From positions 7,241 to 71,240 of the forward strand of contig CAMYND010000009.1 in NCBI GenBank assembly GCA_947259645.1: 64,000 nucleotides of DNA. Direction: 5' to 3'. The notes below the pieces were generated by a model. It did not search any database. It was not told where the DNA came from and saw only the letters and a list, made by a program, of their open reading frames with translations. Positions 40,087 to 50,426 of the stretch are shown one piece after another. This DNA comes from Thermodesulfovibrionia bacterium. Its GTDB lineage: Bacteria > Nitrospirota > Thermodesulfovibrionia > UBA6902. Position 1 is the first letter of the stretch. Each line of letters opens with the position of its first letter. The translations under genes were made by a program, and so were the position numbers.

Positions 40087-40488
40087 ATGGAAGCATTAGT
40101 AAGGCCCATTGGCTCTATAGAAACACCCTACAAAAAGCTCAATGAATGCCCAAGAAACATTGAGCCCAATGGCCCGGTTTGTAAATTGGTTATCAGTAAA
40201 GATTTAATTGATGGTCTATATGGACTTAGTGTGGGGCAAGACATATTAATACTTTACTGGTTTGATAATGTTGATCGGAATATACTTCAAAAACATTCAA
40301 AAAAGACAGGGGAGTTTTCCGGAGTCTTTGCACTAAGATCGCAAAACCGCCCTAATCCTATAGGGGCAGCCATAGTGAAAATCGAGAGCATTGAAAATGA
40401 ATCTATTTATGTGAAAGGGCTTGACTGCCTCAGTGGAACACCTTTGTTAGACATAAAGCCGGCAAAGTTCTCTGAAATTAATAGATGA
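40087..40488 (+). CDS. TsaA/YaeB-family SAM-dependent methyltransferase (TrmO-like)
   Basis: IGSIETPYKKLNECPRN, GLSVGQDILILYWF and RPNPIG match the UPF0066/TrmO N-terminal domain. Confidence 0.6.
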   Translation: MEALVRPIGSIETPYKKLNECPRNIEPNGPVCKLVISKDLIDGLYGLSVGQDILILYWFDNVDRNILQKHSKKTGEFSGVFALRSQNRPNPIGAAIVKIESIENESIYVKGLDCLSGTPLLDIKPAKFSEINR

Positions 40489-40603
40489 GAAGCTGCTCGC
40501 AAATTGCCGATCTATTAGATGGCTGATTGTTATGCTACGATGTAATCAGACATGATTTTATTGTTATGCAACAGAGTAAGCCCGAAGAAAAAGGAGTGAA
40601 GAC

Positions 40604-41341
40604 ATGAAAATTATTTCCACATTATTATTTATCTTGATGATTTCATCGAATGCCTGTGCAGCGGGCAAGGCAATCTCATATGAGGTTGAGGGAAAACCCT
40701 TTGAGGGATACTACGTCAGCCCCTCTCCCGAAGCTCCTCTGATTCTGCTGATTCATGATTGGGACGGGCTGACAGATTACGAAGTAAAACGTGCAAACAT
40801 GTTATCTGCTTTAGGATATGCGGTTTTTGCAGCTGATCTGTTTGGCGCCGGGATAAGGCCAACTGAGGTAACAGATAAACGCCAGCATACGGGGGAGCTC
40901 TATAAAGACCGTGAAAAAATGCGCTCTCTCATACGCGGCGCGCTTGTAACTGCAAAAGCGAAAGGCGCCAATGTACAAAATGCTGTAGTAATGGGGTACT
41001 GTTTCGGCGGTGCAGCTGTTCTCGAGTTCGCCAGATCAGGAGCGGATATGAAAGGTTTTGTCACATTCCATGGTGGATTAAGCACCCCTGAAGGACAGGA
41101 CTACTCCAGCACGAAGGGAAAACTGCTGATTCTCCATGGTACAGCTGATGCTAACATAACCATGGATCAATTCGCTCAACTTGCCAGTGAGCTGGAGGAA
41201 AAGAGTATCTCTCACGAAATGATCACCTATAGCGGAGCGCCACATGCATTTACCGTATTTGATTCTAACCGATACCGGGAAGACGCGGATAAAAAATCAT
41301 GGAAACGTTTTACAGAGTTTCTTGGCGAGGTTCTTAAATAG
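40604..41341 (+). CDS. dienelactone hydrolase-family alpha/beta hydrolase (secreted)
   Basis: Signal peptide. DLFG motif, GYCFGG nucleophile elbow and a C-terminal His region. Confidence 0.6.
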   Translation: MKIISTLLFILMISSNACAAGKAISYEVEGKPFEGYYVSPSPEAPLILLIHDWDGLTDYEVKRANMLSALGYAVFAADLFGAGIRPTEVTDKRQHTGELYKDREKMRSLIRGALVTAKAKGANVQNAVVMGYCFGGAAVLEFARSGADMKGFVTFHGGLSTPEGQDYSSTKGKLLILHGTADANITMDQFAQLASELEEKSISHEMITYSGAPHAFTVFDSNRYREDADKKSWKRFTEFLGEVLK

Positions 41342-41609
41342 TAAAATTATATTAGATGATCCTGCGCATTACATGCAGTAGCCAAAAAAGCGATTACATA
41401 TTCTGTAAACAGATTTCCTGACTCAGTATAGCTCAATGTCACATATCAAAGCTCAAATGCCAAATGAATGTCAAAATCTTAAGTTTTGATCAGACAAAGA
41501 CTAATAATAACGTGTAACATATGTGCCTGGATCGTACCGGGATGTGACATCTCTAATTCGTGAACAAGCTGGGGGCCACACAACAAATTATGTTGAAGGA
41601 GATAACATT

Positions 41610-43010
41610 ATGAAAAAGTTACTAATACTAACACTGTTGATCATTATAGTAATTGTAAGTCCGGTAATGGCACAGGAAGTTAAACAAATATTGAATGTTT
41701 CGGAGTTTGCAAACATAATTGACCAAACAGTGCCAGTGTTTGTTGACAGTGTTCCAACAAGGGAAGATGACTGGTACCACGGACGTCCCAAATATTCTCG
41801 CTTTTTACGCTTTAAAACGTTGAAAATGGCGTTTGGTGACGGCAATCCTGACAAAAAACATTTTAGGACAATGATGAGTGATTTGGGAATCACCAATGAC
41901 GACCACGTAGTATTATATGGTGCCAGGGGTGAAATTCCATATCATTTTGGAGCGTTTTACTTAATGAAATATTTCGGACACGAAAAGGTGAGCGTTTTAG
42001 ACGGTGGATTGTCCGAGTGGAGAGAGACGCAGCCAATTACAACTGAAGAAGTTACTGTTCAAAAAACTGAATACAAAGTTAAAGTGATGAATAGGAAAAT
42101 CCTCGCAGATGCTATCGATGTGTGGAGCAAGAGGTGGGATCCACATACTGCAATCATTGACGCAAGACTGCCGGAAGAAGTCAGTGGTTCCCTTGTTTTT
42201 GATGAGAATAAAAGGTCCGGTAGAATAGAATTATCTGTTAATGTTAACTGGTATGACCTGTTTAAGCCGAACGGGACCTTTAAAGAAGAATCAGAATTGC
42301 TGCAAAAGTTTGAAGATAAGGGCATCGGCAAGGACGATAACAGCATCGTCTACAGTCAGGCTGGGTACCGGGCGAGTGGTACGTATTTTGTGCTCACCCT
42401 GCTTGGTTTTCAGAATGTTAGAAACTATAGCGCAAGTTTTGTGGACTGGGCAAACCAGGAAAACAAAAAGAAGTATGCAGTCGTAGGGCCAGCATATTAT
42501 GTAGGTGGTAAAACGTGCAAGAAGTGTCACCGAAAACAGTACTTGTCATGGGCAAAGACCAAGATGGCGGTGAACTTCAATAACCTTAAACCAGGAGTTA
42601 AGGCAGACGCAAAAAAGAAGGTCGGCCTTGAACCGGAAAAGGATTACACCAATGATGAGAACTGTTTACCATGCCACACAACCGGGTACGGAAAACCAGG
42701 CGGTTTTGTAAGCCTAAAAGAAACGCCTGGATTAATAAACGTCCAGTGTGAGGGGTGTCATGGTCCTGGAAGCACATATGTGAAGCTAATGAAGGAAGGA
42801 AAGACAAAATGGGAAGAAGCAGGGTACACTGATGAACAGCTCAAGACAACTGGTTTAATAATTCCTGAAGAAAACGAACAGGGATGCATGGCATGCCACG
42901 GAGGTGATAGTCCATTTAACGAAAAAGTGGACTCAAAATACAATTGGAACTGGCCGGAAAGAGTACAAAAAACTCACAAACACTTCCCGCTCAAGTACAA
43001 AATAAAGTAA
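41610..43010 (+). CDS. periplasmic tandem rhodanese-like domains fused to a C-terminal tetraheme c-type cytochrome
   Basis: Signal peptide with an AAGGAG-type RBS. Two rhodanese-like modules (...VSVLDGGLSEW... and ...IVYSQAGYRASGTY...FVDW). The second active-site loop has Ser where the catalytic Cys is expected. Four CxxCH motifs follow (CKKCH, CLPCH, CEGCH, CMACH). Confidence 0.6.
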   Translation: MKKLLILTLLIIIVIVSPVMAQEVKQILNVSEFANIIDQTVPVFVDSVPTREDDWYHGRPKYSRFLRFKTLKMAFGDGNPDKKHFRTMMSDLGITNDDHVVLYGARGEIPYHFGAFYLMKYFGHEKVSVLDGGLSEWRETQPITTEEVTVQKTEYKVKVMNRKILADAIDVWSKRWDPHTAIIDARLPEEVSGSLVFDENKRSGRIELSVNVNWYDLFKPNGTFKEESELLQKFEDKGIGKDDNSIVYSQAGYRASGTYFVLTLLGFQNVRNYSASFVDWANQENKKKYAVVGPAYYVGGKTCKKCHRKQYLSWAKTKMAVNFNNLKPGVKADAKKKVGLEPEKDYTNDENCLPCHTTGYGKPGGFVSLKETPGLINVQCEGCHGPGSTYVKLMKEGKTKWEEAGYTDEQLKTTGLIIPEENEQGCMACHGGDSPFNEKVDSKYNWNWPERVQKTHKHFPLKYKIK

Positions 43011-43681
43011 ACCCAAGCCGGTGGTGCGATCAGTTGGTGTTGTGCTTGAACCAATAAGTACGATGCTTTTTATTGCGGGGAGCACTCTCATCATAGGAAA
43101 AGCTATATGAGAAAAATTCAAATTATTAAATTCAATAACTTCTCGAATCATTAATAAACAGGTGAAGTCGTCAATCTGAAACCATCATCAATCTTACAGA
43201 TTACATGATATTTCCAACTTGGTTTATTCTATATATTTTCTGAGAACTATTGTAATAAGTCAACAATCTTCCCTTTGCCAGGTTTTTATTCAGAATCCCC
43301 TCATATCAATGAGCTGTCATTAAAGGAAGCATTGAACATTACAATCGTTAATATATGACAATTGGCATTTTATTCTTGAAGTTTACCTATTAATGCACTA
43401 ATATCAAGAGCAAAGTATTTTTTCAATCTAGCATTCACGTGTAGATAATTAATCTCCCTTAACTAAAATAGCGTTACCAAACTACACAAAAAAAGGTCGT
43501 GCTATACCGATGCACTTATTATTATGATAGACTGCATAGTAATTATTACTTAATTAAGGATTTTTAAAATTAGTATTATTTGTCGTTCAGTCTAATCAAC
43601 TGTTATATGAAAAATAAAAAGACGATAGTATTATTAATATTGGAAGCTTTATTAGTATCGTTCTGCTTTACAGTTATTATC

Positions 43682-43719
43682 GGTATAATTAATGCCAGGT
43701 GGTATAATTAATGCCAGGT
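43682..43719 (+). repeat. 19-bp perfect tandem direct repeat (ggtataattaatgccaggt x2) upstream of the CaCA gene
   Basis: Copies at 43682-43700 and 43701-43719. Each carries a TATAAT box. Confidence 0.7.
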
Positions 43720-43741
43720 TATTTTTAAAACCAAAAGTCAT

Positions 43742-44776
43742 ATGATATCGAATATTCTTCTCCTGGTTATAGGCCTCGTGATGCTGGTCAAGGGCTCTGA
43801 TTTTTTCATTAATGCAGCTTCCCGGATTGCAAAGCGGCTTGGAATATCAGAGTTCGTGATAGGCCTCACACTTGTCGCAGTTGGCACCTCACTGCCTGAA
43901 CTGGTCTCTGCCATTTTCGCATCGTTTCAGCATGAAAGCGGGCTGATAATGGGGAATATAGTGGGTGCTGATATAGCCAATCTCTCCCTCATTATAGGTA
44001 TTGCCGCCATGATAGCGGCAATAAGGACAGACACGGAGATGCTGGAACGTGATGGATATTTTATCCTTGCAGTGGCGGTCCTTCTCATTGTATTCATGTT
44101 CAACGGGACTATTTCACGTATAGAAGGTGGCTTCTTCATCGCTGTATTTATCGCATATACTATCTTTCTGTTCGAGACAAAGCCAGAGTTCAAAGGCCGG
44201 TTTGGATTTGTAAAGTTCACAAAATATTTCATTCAGTTTGGGTATTTCGGTACACTAAGAGGGATAATCAAAGGGGCCCCGCAATTAAAGGAAGAGGCCG
44301 TTCCTGTTCAGGTTTCTGGAAGCACTGCGAAGGACCTTGGGATAATCATTGCAAGCGGCACCCTGGTAATATTCGGCGCGAAATTCCTTGTTGATAATGC
44401 CATATACTTCGCTAAACTGTTTGAGGTCCCGGCAGCTGTCCTGGGTATACTGATAGCGATAGGGACTACCCTGCCTGAGATGAGCGTGGGCATAAGCGCT
44501 GCAAGAAAGGGGCTGGGGAATATAGTCATTGGGAATGCCGTAGGTTCGTGCATAACCAATACACTGCTGATATTGGGGGTATCTTCTCTCATCTATCCTC
44601 TTAAGGTTGACGCCATTTCCCTGAAGATTACCGCTCCGACTTTTATATTTCTAGTACTTATCACTCTTGTCTTTATCAAGAGTGATTGGGAATTAAGAAA
44701 AAGAGAAGGAATAGTGCTATTGATATTCTATCTATGCTTCATAATTATAATGCTTACCTTCGGGGCATCACTATAG
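43742..44776 (+). CDS. Na+/Ca2+ exchanger family (CaCA, YrbG-like) membrane protein
   Basis: Two alpha-repeat signatures: GSDFFINAASRIAKRLGISEFVIGLTLVAVGTSLPE and GNAVGSCITNTLLILG. Confidence 0.75.
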   Translation: MISNILLLVIGLVMLVKGSDFFINAASRIAKRLGISEFVIGLTLVAVGTSLPELVSAIFASFQHESGLIMGNIVGADIANLSLIIGIAAMIAAIRTDTEMLERDGYFILAVAVLLIVFMFNGTISRIEGGFFIAVFIAYTIFLFETKPEFKGRFGFVKFTKYFIQFGYFGTLRGIIKGAPQLKEEAVPVQVSGSTAKDLGIIIASGTLVIFGAKFLVDNAIYFAKLFEVPAAVLGILIAIGTTLPEMSVGISAARKGLGNIVIGNAVGSCITNTLLILGVSSLIYPLKVDAISLKITAPTFIFLVLITLVFIKSDWELRKREGIVLLIFYLCFIIIMLTFGASL

Positions 44777-44989
44777 AGCGTTCATTATTCCTGAAGAAAA
44801 TTGATAAGGGGTAGGGACTTGAAAACGACAAATGACAAAGAAAGCATATAACAGCATGGAGATGAATGCAGACCAGCGGTGACTTTTTGGCGTTGCATTA
44901 TTTTATACTTTGCGAATTGACTTCATGCACGTTATAGAGCTTCATGGCCTGCATCACTCATGCAGGCTATGTGCCACCAATTATAAGCT

Positions 44990-45469
44990 ATGACTGCATT
45001 GTGCAAGAGTGACTTAATTATGGAGAATAACAATATGCCTAATTCAGATCAAACGTCCAATTCAAACTGGACTATTCTTTTTATATGTTGGCTGATAGCC
45101 AGTATCTCTGCGCTGGGGAGCCTTTTTTTTAGCGAAATAATGAATTTTGCTCCTTGTGTTTTGTGCTGGTATCAGAGAATTTGTTTATTCCCACTGGTTT
45201 TAATTTTATCAATGGGGCTCTTTCACTTTGATAAAAGCGTTGTCAGGTTTGCCCTTCCCTTAGCTTTAATAGGATGGTTTATCGCGTTTTACCACAACCT
45301 TCTTTATTCCGGGATTATTCCAGAAAGCATACAACCCTGCAGTCAGGGTGTTTCATGCACAGAGGACTACATCAACTTGTTTGGCATTTTCACAATTCCT
45401 ATGTTAGCCTTAATATCATTTTCAGCAATAGCAATTTTATTATTTATGTTAAAGAGGAGACTTTCCTAA
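44990..45469 (+). CDS. dsbB: disulfide bond formation protein B (DsbB/BdbC family)
   Basis: Four TM segments. CVLCWYQRI CxxC in the first periplasmic loop and a second Cys pair (CSQGVSC). True start is probably an internal ATG (about 45020-45035). Confidence 0.65.
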   Translation: MTALCKSDLIMENNNMPNSDQTSNSNWTILFICWLIASISALGSLFFSEIMNFAPCVLCWYQRICLFPLVLILSMGLFHFDKSVVRFALPLALIGWFIAFYHNLLYSGIIPESIQPCSQGVSCTEDYINLFGIFTIPMLALISFSAIAILLFMLKRRLS

Positions 45470-46173
45470 TGAAAAAGAAAAAAACAAAGACAAAGCAAAA
45501 ATCAATAGAAAAGCAGAAGCCAGTAAACAAACGAAATATAGTTATCATTTCAGCGATCTGCCTGGCACTTATTTTTGTGCTTGGTAGCTATATCTACAAA
45601 TCCCAGCAAGCCACAAATCTAAGCTTTATGGCTAGAGAAAACGCTTCAACGTTTGTTAGAGAATATTCACAGACGCTCGGCAGTGATGACGCAAAAGTTT
45701 ATATCGTAGAATTTTTCGACCCGGCATGTGAAACCTGTAGAGACTTTTATCCTTTTGTTAAAAAACTCATGGCTGCCAACCCGGGGAAGATTAAACTCGT
45801 TATGAGATATGCCCCTTTTCATGATGGCTCAGATTATGTTGTAAAGATGCTTGAAGCTGCAAGAAAACAGGGAAGGTATTGGGAAACTTTGGAGGTTATG
45901 TATAAGTATCAACCTCACTGGGCAAGTCATCATAAGCCACAGCCTCAAGTATTATGGCAAGTTCTTCCAGAGGCAGGTCTGAATTTAGAACAAATTAAAA
46001 GTGATATGAATAGTCAAGAAATAGCTCAACTGATTAAACAAGACCTTACAGATACTAAAACTCTCAATGTCAGGAAAACGCCTGAGTTTTTCGTAAACGG
46101 GAAACCGCTTCCAAGCTTTGGTTACAACCAATTAAAAGAATTAGTAGAAGCTGAAATTCGGGCAAATTATTAA
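45469..46173 (+). CDS. DsbA-family thiol:disulfide oxidoreductase (BdbD-like), membrane-anchored
   Basis: ATG overlaps the dsbB stop (TAATG). Lys-rich N-terminus plus a TM anchor. Thioredoxin-fold CETC active site (FFDPACETCRDF). Confidence 0.7.
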   Translation: MKKKKTKTKQKSIEKQKPVNKRNIVIISAICLALIFVLGSYIYKSQQATNLSFMARENASTFVREYSQTLGSDDAKVYIVEFFDPACETCRDFYPFVKKLMAANPGKIKLVMRYAPFHDGSDYVVKMLEAARKQGRYWETLEVMYKYQPHWASHHKPQPQVLWQVLPEAGLNLEQIKSDMNSQEIAQLIKQDLTDTKTLNVRKTPEFFVNGKPLPSFGYNQLKELVEAEIRANY

Positions 46174-46361
46174 ATTTAAATTATCAGTAGCAAAAACACA
46201 TAACCAGGCAGTGCTGTGAAATCGAACCAGCGGTATCTTTTTGAGATGTGATTGTTTTATATATTCAAACTGTTTTTTAGCATGTTAATATTCACAAGGG
46301 TTCGATTCACAGACTTCATCGTTCGATCTTAATGAAGACAAAATCAACAAAGGAGACCACC

Positions 46362-46901
46362 ATGAAATTGAAAACAGATGAAGGAGGATGGAACCCGTAT
46401 TTCGCCGGAGCCCTCTTAGGTTTACTGGCGATTATTTCAGTGTTTGCCACAACCAAACTCATGGGCAAAACCAACTACCTAGGTGCATCTACTACCTTCG
46501 TTCGCGCCGCTGGTATTTTAGAGAAAACGGTGGCTGCTGCTCACGTGGGATCAAATGAGTATTTCACTAAAACGAAGGTCGTTGTTGATTGGCAGTTCAT
46601 GCTGGTTATCGGAATTGTTCTCGGCTCCTTTATATCATCTATTTTGGACAAGAGCTTCCAATTGGAGAGTGTCCCTCCTACATGGAAAAGACGATTTGGC
46701 CCCTCGATTAATAAACGAGCAGTGGGCGCCATTGCGGGAGGGATTATCGCTATGATCGGCGCTCGATTGGCTGATGGTTGTCCAAGTGGGCATGGCCTAA
46801 GCGGAATGATGCAATTGTCGGCAAGTTCTTTTGTTGCTTTGGTTATGTTTTTTGCCGTAGGTGCTCTGGTCGCTCGTATAGTTTATGGGAGGATATCATG
46901 A
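46362..46901 (+). CDS. YeeE/YedE family (sulfur/selenium transport, DUF395) half-transporter, part 1
   Basis: RBS AAAGGAGA before ATG 46362. TM segments. Conserved GCPSG motif (ADGCPSGHGLSG). Confidence 0.6.
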   Translation: MKLKTDEGGWNPYFAGALLGLLAIISVFATTKLMGKTNYLGASTTFVRAAGILEKTVAAAHVGSNEYFTKTKVVVDWQFMLVIGIVLGSFISSILDKSFQLESVPPTWKRRFGPSINKRAVGAIAGGIIAMIGARLADGCPSGHGLSGMMQLSASSFVALVMFFAVGALVARIVYGRIS

Positions 46902-47428
46902 ATACAGATCAATGGCTGGGACTTGTAACAGGCGTATTGTTTGGGTTTTTATTACAAAAAGGTCGTGTCCTCCGTTTTGAAAAACAAATCGGGGCACTGT
47001 TGCTAAAGGACATGACGATAGTCAAATTCATGCTGTCAACAATTTTGGTAGGTATGGTCGGAATACTCCTGCTTTCGAGTTTTGAGATTATTACCTTGAG
47101 TCACAAGCCAATGAATCTTGGCGCTGTATTAATAGGAGGAGCTTTCTTCGGTGCAGGATGGGCAATCATGGGTTTTTGCCCAGGCACATCTCTAGGCGCT
47201 TTGGGCGAAGGACGGTGGCATGCCTTGTTTGCCATAATTGGCATGGTGGCAGGGGCAGCACTTTATGCGGAATTGTATCCCTTTTTTAAAACGACAGTAC
47301 TTGCCTGGAAAGACTTCGGTAAGATCGGATTACAGGAAGCTCTGGGTGTCCCATTGTGGGTCATTGTTCCTTGCTTCTGGGCAGGAACAATTTCCTTGTT
47401 TTTATGGATAGAGAGAAAAGGACTCTAA
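46898..47428 (+). CDS. YeeE/YedE family half-transporter, part 2
   Basis: ATGA overlap with part 1. Conserved GFCPGTS motif. Confidence 0.6.
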   Translation: MNTDQWLGLVTGVLFGFLLQKGRVLRFEKQIGALLLKDMTIVKFMLSTILVGMVGILLLSSFEIITLSHKPMNLGAVLIGGAFFGAGWAIMGFCPGTSLGALGEGRWHALFAIIGMVAGAALYAELYPFFKTTVLAWKDFGKIGLQEALGVPLWVIVPCFWAGTISLFLWIERKGL

Positions 47429-47698
47429 TTTTGGAAATATGATCGAACAAGGGCATGCACCGGACGGCTTTTAGCCGCCGGTGATGCCACCCGTTATTTC
47501 AAATGATAATTATCAATTCATCATTCACAACAGTTTATTGACAAGTAAGATAACTGTTTAAATATTATTTTCAAAAAACTGATGATTCACAAATGATATC
47601 CTGACCTTTCGTCCATCCTGTTTAGACTTCTCCGTATTCAAATTCTGCGATAAGATATTTATGCATACCCCTAAGACTGACATATGAGGAGGAGTATC

Positions 47699-48538
47699 AT
47701 GAATATTAAGGAAGCAATAAGCACAATCAGTGACCATCAAAGTGCAAATCTAAAACACCGATCAATATACAGCTACAACTATATATTGAATCGCTTCGAG
47801 TCTCAATTCGGAAATCGTTCAGTAGAATCCATTGGCTCAGATGAGATAGGTCAGTTTTTGGAGAACCTAACAAGTGGTCTCTCCAAGGCTACACGCAGGT
47901 TGAGATTCTCACAGCTGAAGACATTCTTTAACTTTACCATTGATCATTTTGACCTCAACATTAAAAATCCATGTTCTTCATCAAAGATCTCAAGGTCATT
48001 CAAAGCCCCGGTACAGGTGTCGAGAAAGATTCTTGAGAAGGAAACCGTAGATGAGATGATATATAACACAGGCAATGTCCGAGACCGATTGCTCTTGGAA
48101 TTACAAGCACGACGTGGTTTAAGAATTGGTGAATTGTTAAAACTGAGGGTTTCCGATGTGTCAGAAAGGAAACTCACTATTATTGAGCCGAAGTCTCGCA
48201 AGGATTCAGAAGTTGCTTTTATGCCTGAACAGATCGCAAACAGGTTGCACGACTACATTAAAGAGAAACAGCTTTCTCCTGATGAATCGATATTCCCCAT
48301 TTGTTATTCAACAGCCAGGTCAATAATAATTCATCTTGCAAAAAGACTAAATATCAAAATGACCCCTCATGATCTTAGGAGACACTCTGCGACATATGCC
48401 AGTCGAAATGGTGTTCCTTTGGAAATTGTGTCTAAAGTCATTCTCAGGCACCGGGACCTTAAAACAACACAAATCTATCTGGGGAGGGTAAGCGACCCGG
48501 AAGCAATACGCTGGATGGATATATTGCATGGCAAATAG
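47699..48538 (+). mobile_element. tyrosine-type site-specific recombinase/integrase (phage-integrase family) CDS
   Basis: RBS GAGGAGG before ATG 47699. C-terminal HDLRRHSATYASRNGVPLEIVSKVILRHRDLKTTQIYL carries the R...HxxR...Y catalytic residues. Confidence 0.8.
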
Positions 48539-48843
48539 AATAAAGTTAACTTATTGATTTACAACAATAACCAACAGTCTTTCGGGTATGCTTTTTCTCT
48601 TAAATAAGGAACACTTTCCCCTCTTATAAATGAGCTCGATCATTTCAGAAAGGGCTTGATTTCTTTCGGAAAGAGAGATTTTTTCTATTTTTTCAAATTT
48701 TATGACTACGGCATGAAAGTGAGCTTTTGAAAACACTATTTTTTCGGGAATTATAACTTTAAATAACGGAATCGTGCTATTAGCTTCATCTGATATTTAA
48801 TGAGTTGATTTATTAAGTCATATTAAAATAATATAAATCTATA

Positions 48844-49038
48844 ATGATGCTCAGGATTAAAAAGAGTTATGTGACTGTCCTTATTTTCTTCATCGTCGTT
48901 GTACTGCATTCCCCGGTCTATCATCAGCATATTGATGATTATCATCCCGAGACAACAAAGCATAATGATAATGTTGCACCCCATGCTCCCAATGATTATT
49001 CTGTTAATTCTCATGATTCAATAATAGAGCTATGCTAA
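48844..49038 (+). CDS. small His-rich membrane protein, hypothetical (possible metal-binding)
   Basis: 64-aa ORF: one TM segment, then HSPVYHQHIDDYHPETTKHNDNVAPHAP. Sits upstream of the HupE/UreJ gene. Confidence 0.25.
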   Translation: MMLRIKKSYVTVLIFFIVVVLHSPVYHQHIDDYHPETTKHNDNVAPHAPNDYSVNSHDSIIELC

Positions 49039-49233
49039 AACTTTTTCAGGACTTTCTCCCCCCATTTATTCAACGTAGGAAAAATTAACACGAGCTGTTT
49101 ATACCTGATACCGGCATGTTCCACAACTGAGAACATTGCCTGGCATTGAATCATGCGGCATAAGGGTGATATGTTCATCGGGTTTATCAGCTTGGGACAG
49201 AATAAAATAATCAATAATATAGGAGTCAATTAC

Positions 49234-50409
49234 ATGATGTTAACAAAACAAAAGTTTATTTCCATGATGGCAGGTATATTTATACTTACGCTGTTATCGC
49301 AGTTAGCTTATGGGCATGGAATGTCTGAAGCAGAGAGACAGGCGATTATAGGAGGCGGCAATCTGAGATATCTGTGGATTGGGGCGACCCATATGCTGAC
49401 TGGCTACGATCACTTGATGTTTGTTTTCGGCATTATCTTTTTTCTGACGAACTTCCGTGATATTGTGAAGTATGTGACTGCCTTTACCCTGGGTCACAGT
49501 GTCACGCTGATTTATGCCACTTATAACGGCATACAGTTAAACTATTTTCTGATTGATGCGGTTATTGCCTTGAGTGTGTGCTACATAGCCTTTGCCAATC
49601 TTGACGGCTTCCGCAAATATCTTTCAATCAAACCACCGAACATGATGCTGATGATCATTGGTCTCGGCCTGATTCATGGCTTTGGTTTATCCACCCGGTT
49701 ACAGGCATTGCCATTAAGTGAAGATAGTCTGTTGCTGAATATTATTTCATTTAATGCAGGCATTGAACTAGGGCAGATTTCGGCACTTGCAGCCATGTTG
49801 GTGCTTGTTGCTGTGTGGCGAAAATCTCAGTCATTCGGTACTCACAGCAGGATTGCAAACTATTCGTTGATTATGTTTGGCCTGCTGTTGTTTTTGGTTC
49901 AGACACACGGCTATTCACACAGCAGCCCGTCTGAAGAACTTACTGCCAGTGCTGAACCGTCTCCGGGAATCATTGCTGCTGACGTGGTTGCTTCGACCGG
50001 AATTCCTGAAGAATCTCAACCATCTCAGTGGAAAGATACGATCACCATAACGATTCCTGCCAGAAGTGGCAAGGAGTATAAATTCCATCTCGTGCAGGGT
50101 GCAGTGCTTGATTACTCGTGGAAGACAGACAGCGAAAAGCTGTATTATGATTTTCACGGTGAACCAAAAGGTGATAAAACAGGTTATTTCGAGAGCTTTA
50201 AGACGAATACCGACAACCAGGCAAAAGGTTCTTTAACCGCTACCTTTGAAGGAACTCATGGGTGGTACTGGGAAAACAAGAGTCCATTGCCTGTTAATGT
50301 CGTATTGCAAACCAGAGGCACCTATCAAATGGTAGCTGCAAAGAAGGAGTTAAAAGATGACTCATTAATTGAAACCCCTAATGCTAAAACTCGCGATAGC
50401 ATTTATTAA
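49234..50409 (+). CDS. HupE/UreJ-family Ni/Co transporter-like membrane domain fused to a ~190-aa C-terminal soluble domain of unknown function
   Basis: AGGAG RBS before ATGATG 49234. HGMSEAE...HMLTGYDHLMFVFGIIFF and later GFGLS...ELGQ segments resemble HupE/UreJ. The beta-rich C-terminal half has no recognised motif. Confidence 0.5.
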   Translation: MMLTKQKFISMMAGIFILTLLSQLAYGHGMSEAERQAIIGGGNLRYLWIGATHMLTGYDHLMFVFGIIFFLTNFRDIVKYVTAFTLGHSVTLIYATYNGIQLNYFLIDAVIALSVCYIAFANLDGFRKYLSIKPPNMMLMIIGLGLIHGFGLSTRLQALPLSEDSLLLNIISFNAGIELGQISALAAMLVLVAVWRKSQSFGTHSRIANYSLIMFGLLLFLVQTHGYSHSSPSEELTASAEPSPGIIAADVVASTGIPEESQPSQWKDTITITIPARSGKEYKFHLVQGAVLDYSWKTDSEKLYYDFHGEPKGDKTGYFESFKTNTDNQAKGSLTATFEGTHGWYWENKSPLPVNVVLQTRGTYQMVAAKKELKDDSLIETPNAKTRDSIY

Positions 50410-50426
50410 CTTATGAGGAGGAAAAT

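Noticed and set aside
47440-47700. Possible tRNA or att site adjacent to the integrase
   Set aside because: Only a simple hairpin (CACCGGACGGC...GCCGCCGGTG, about 47458-47492) is visible. No cloverleaf-like arrangement of arms could be assembled by eye. Left to tRNAscan.
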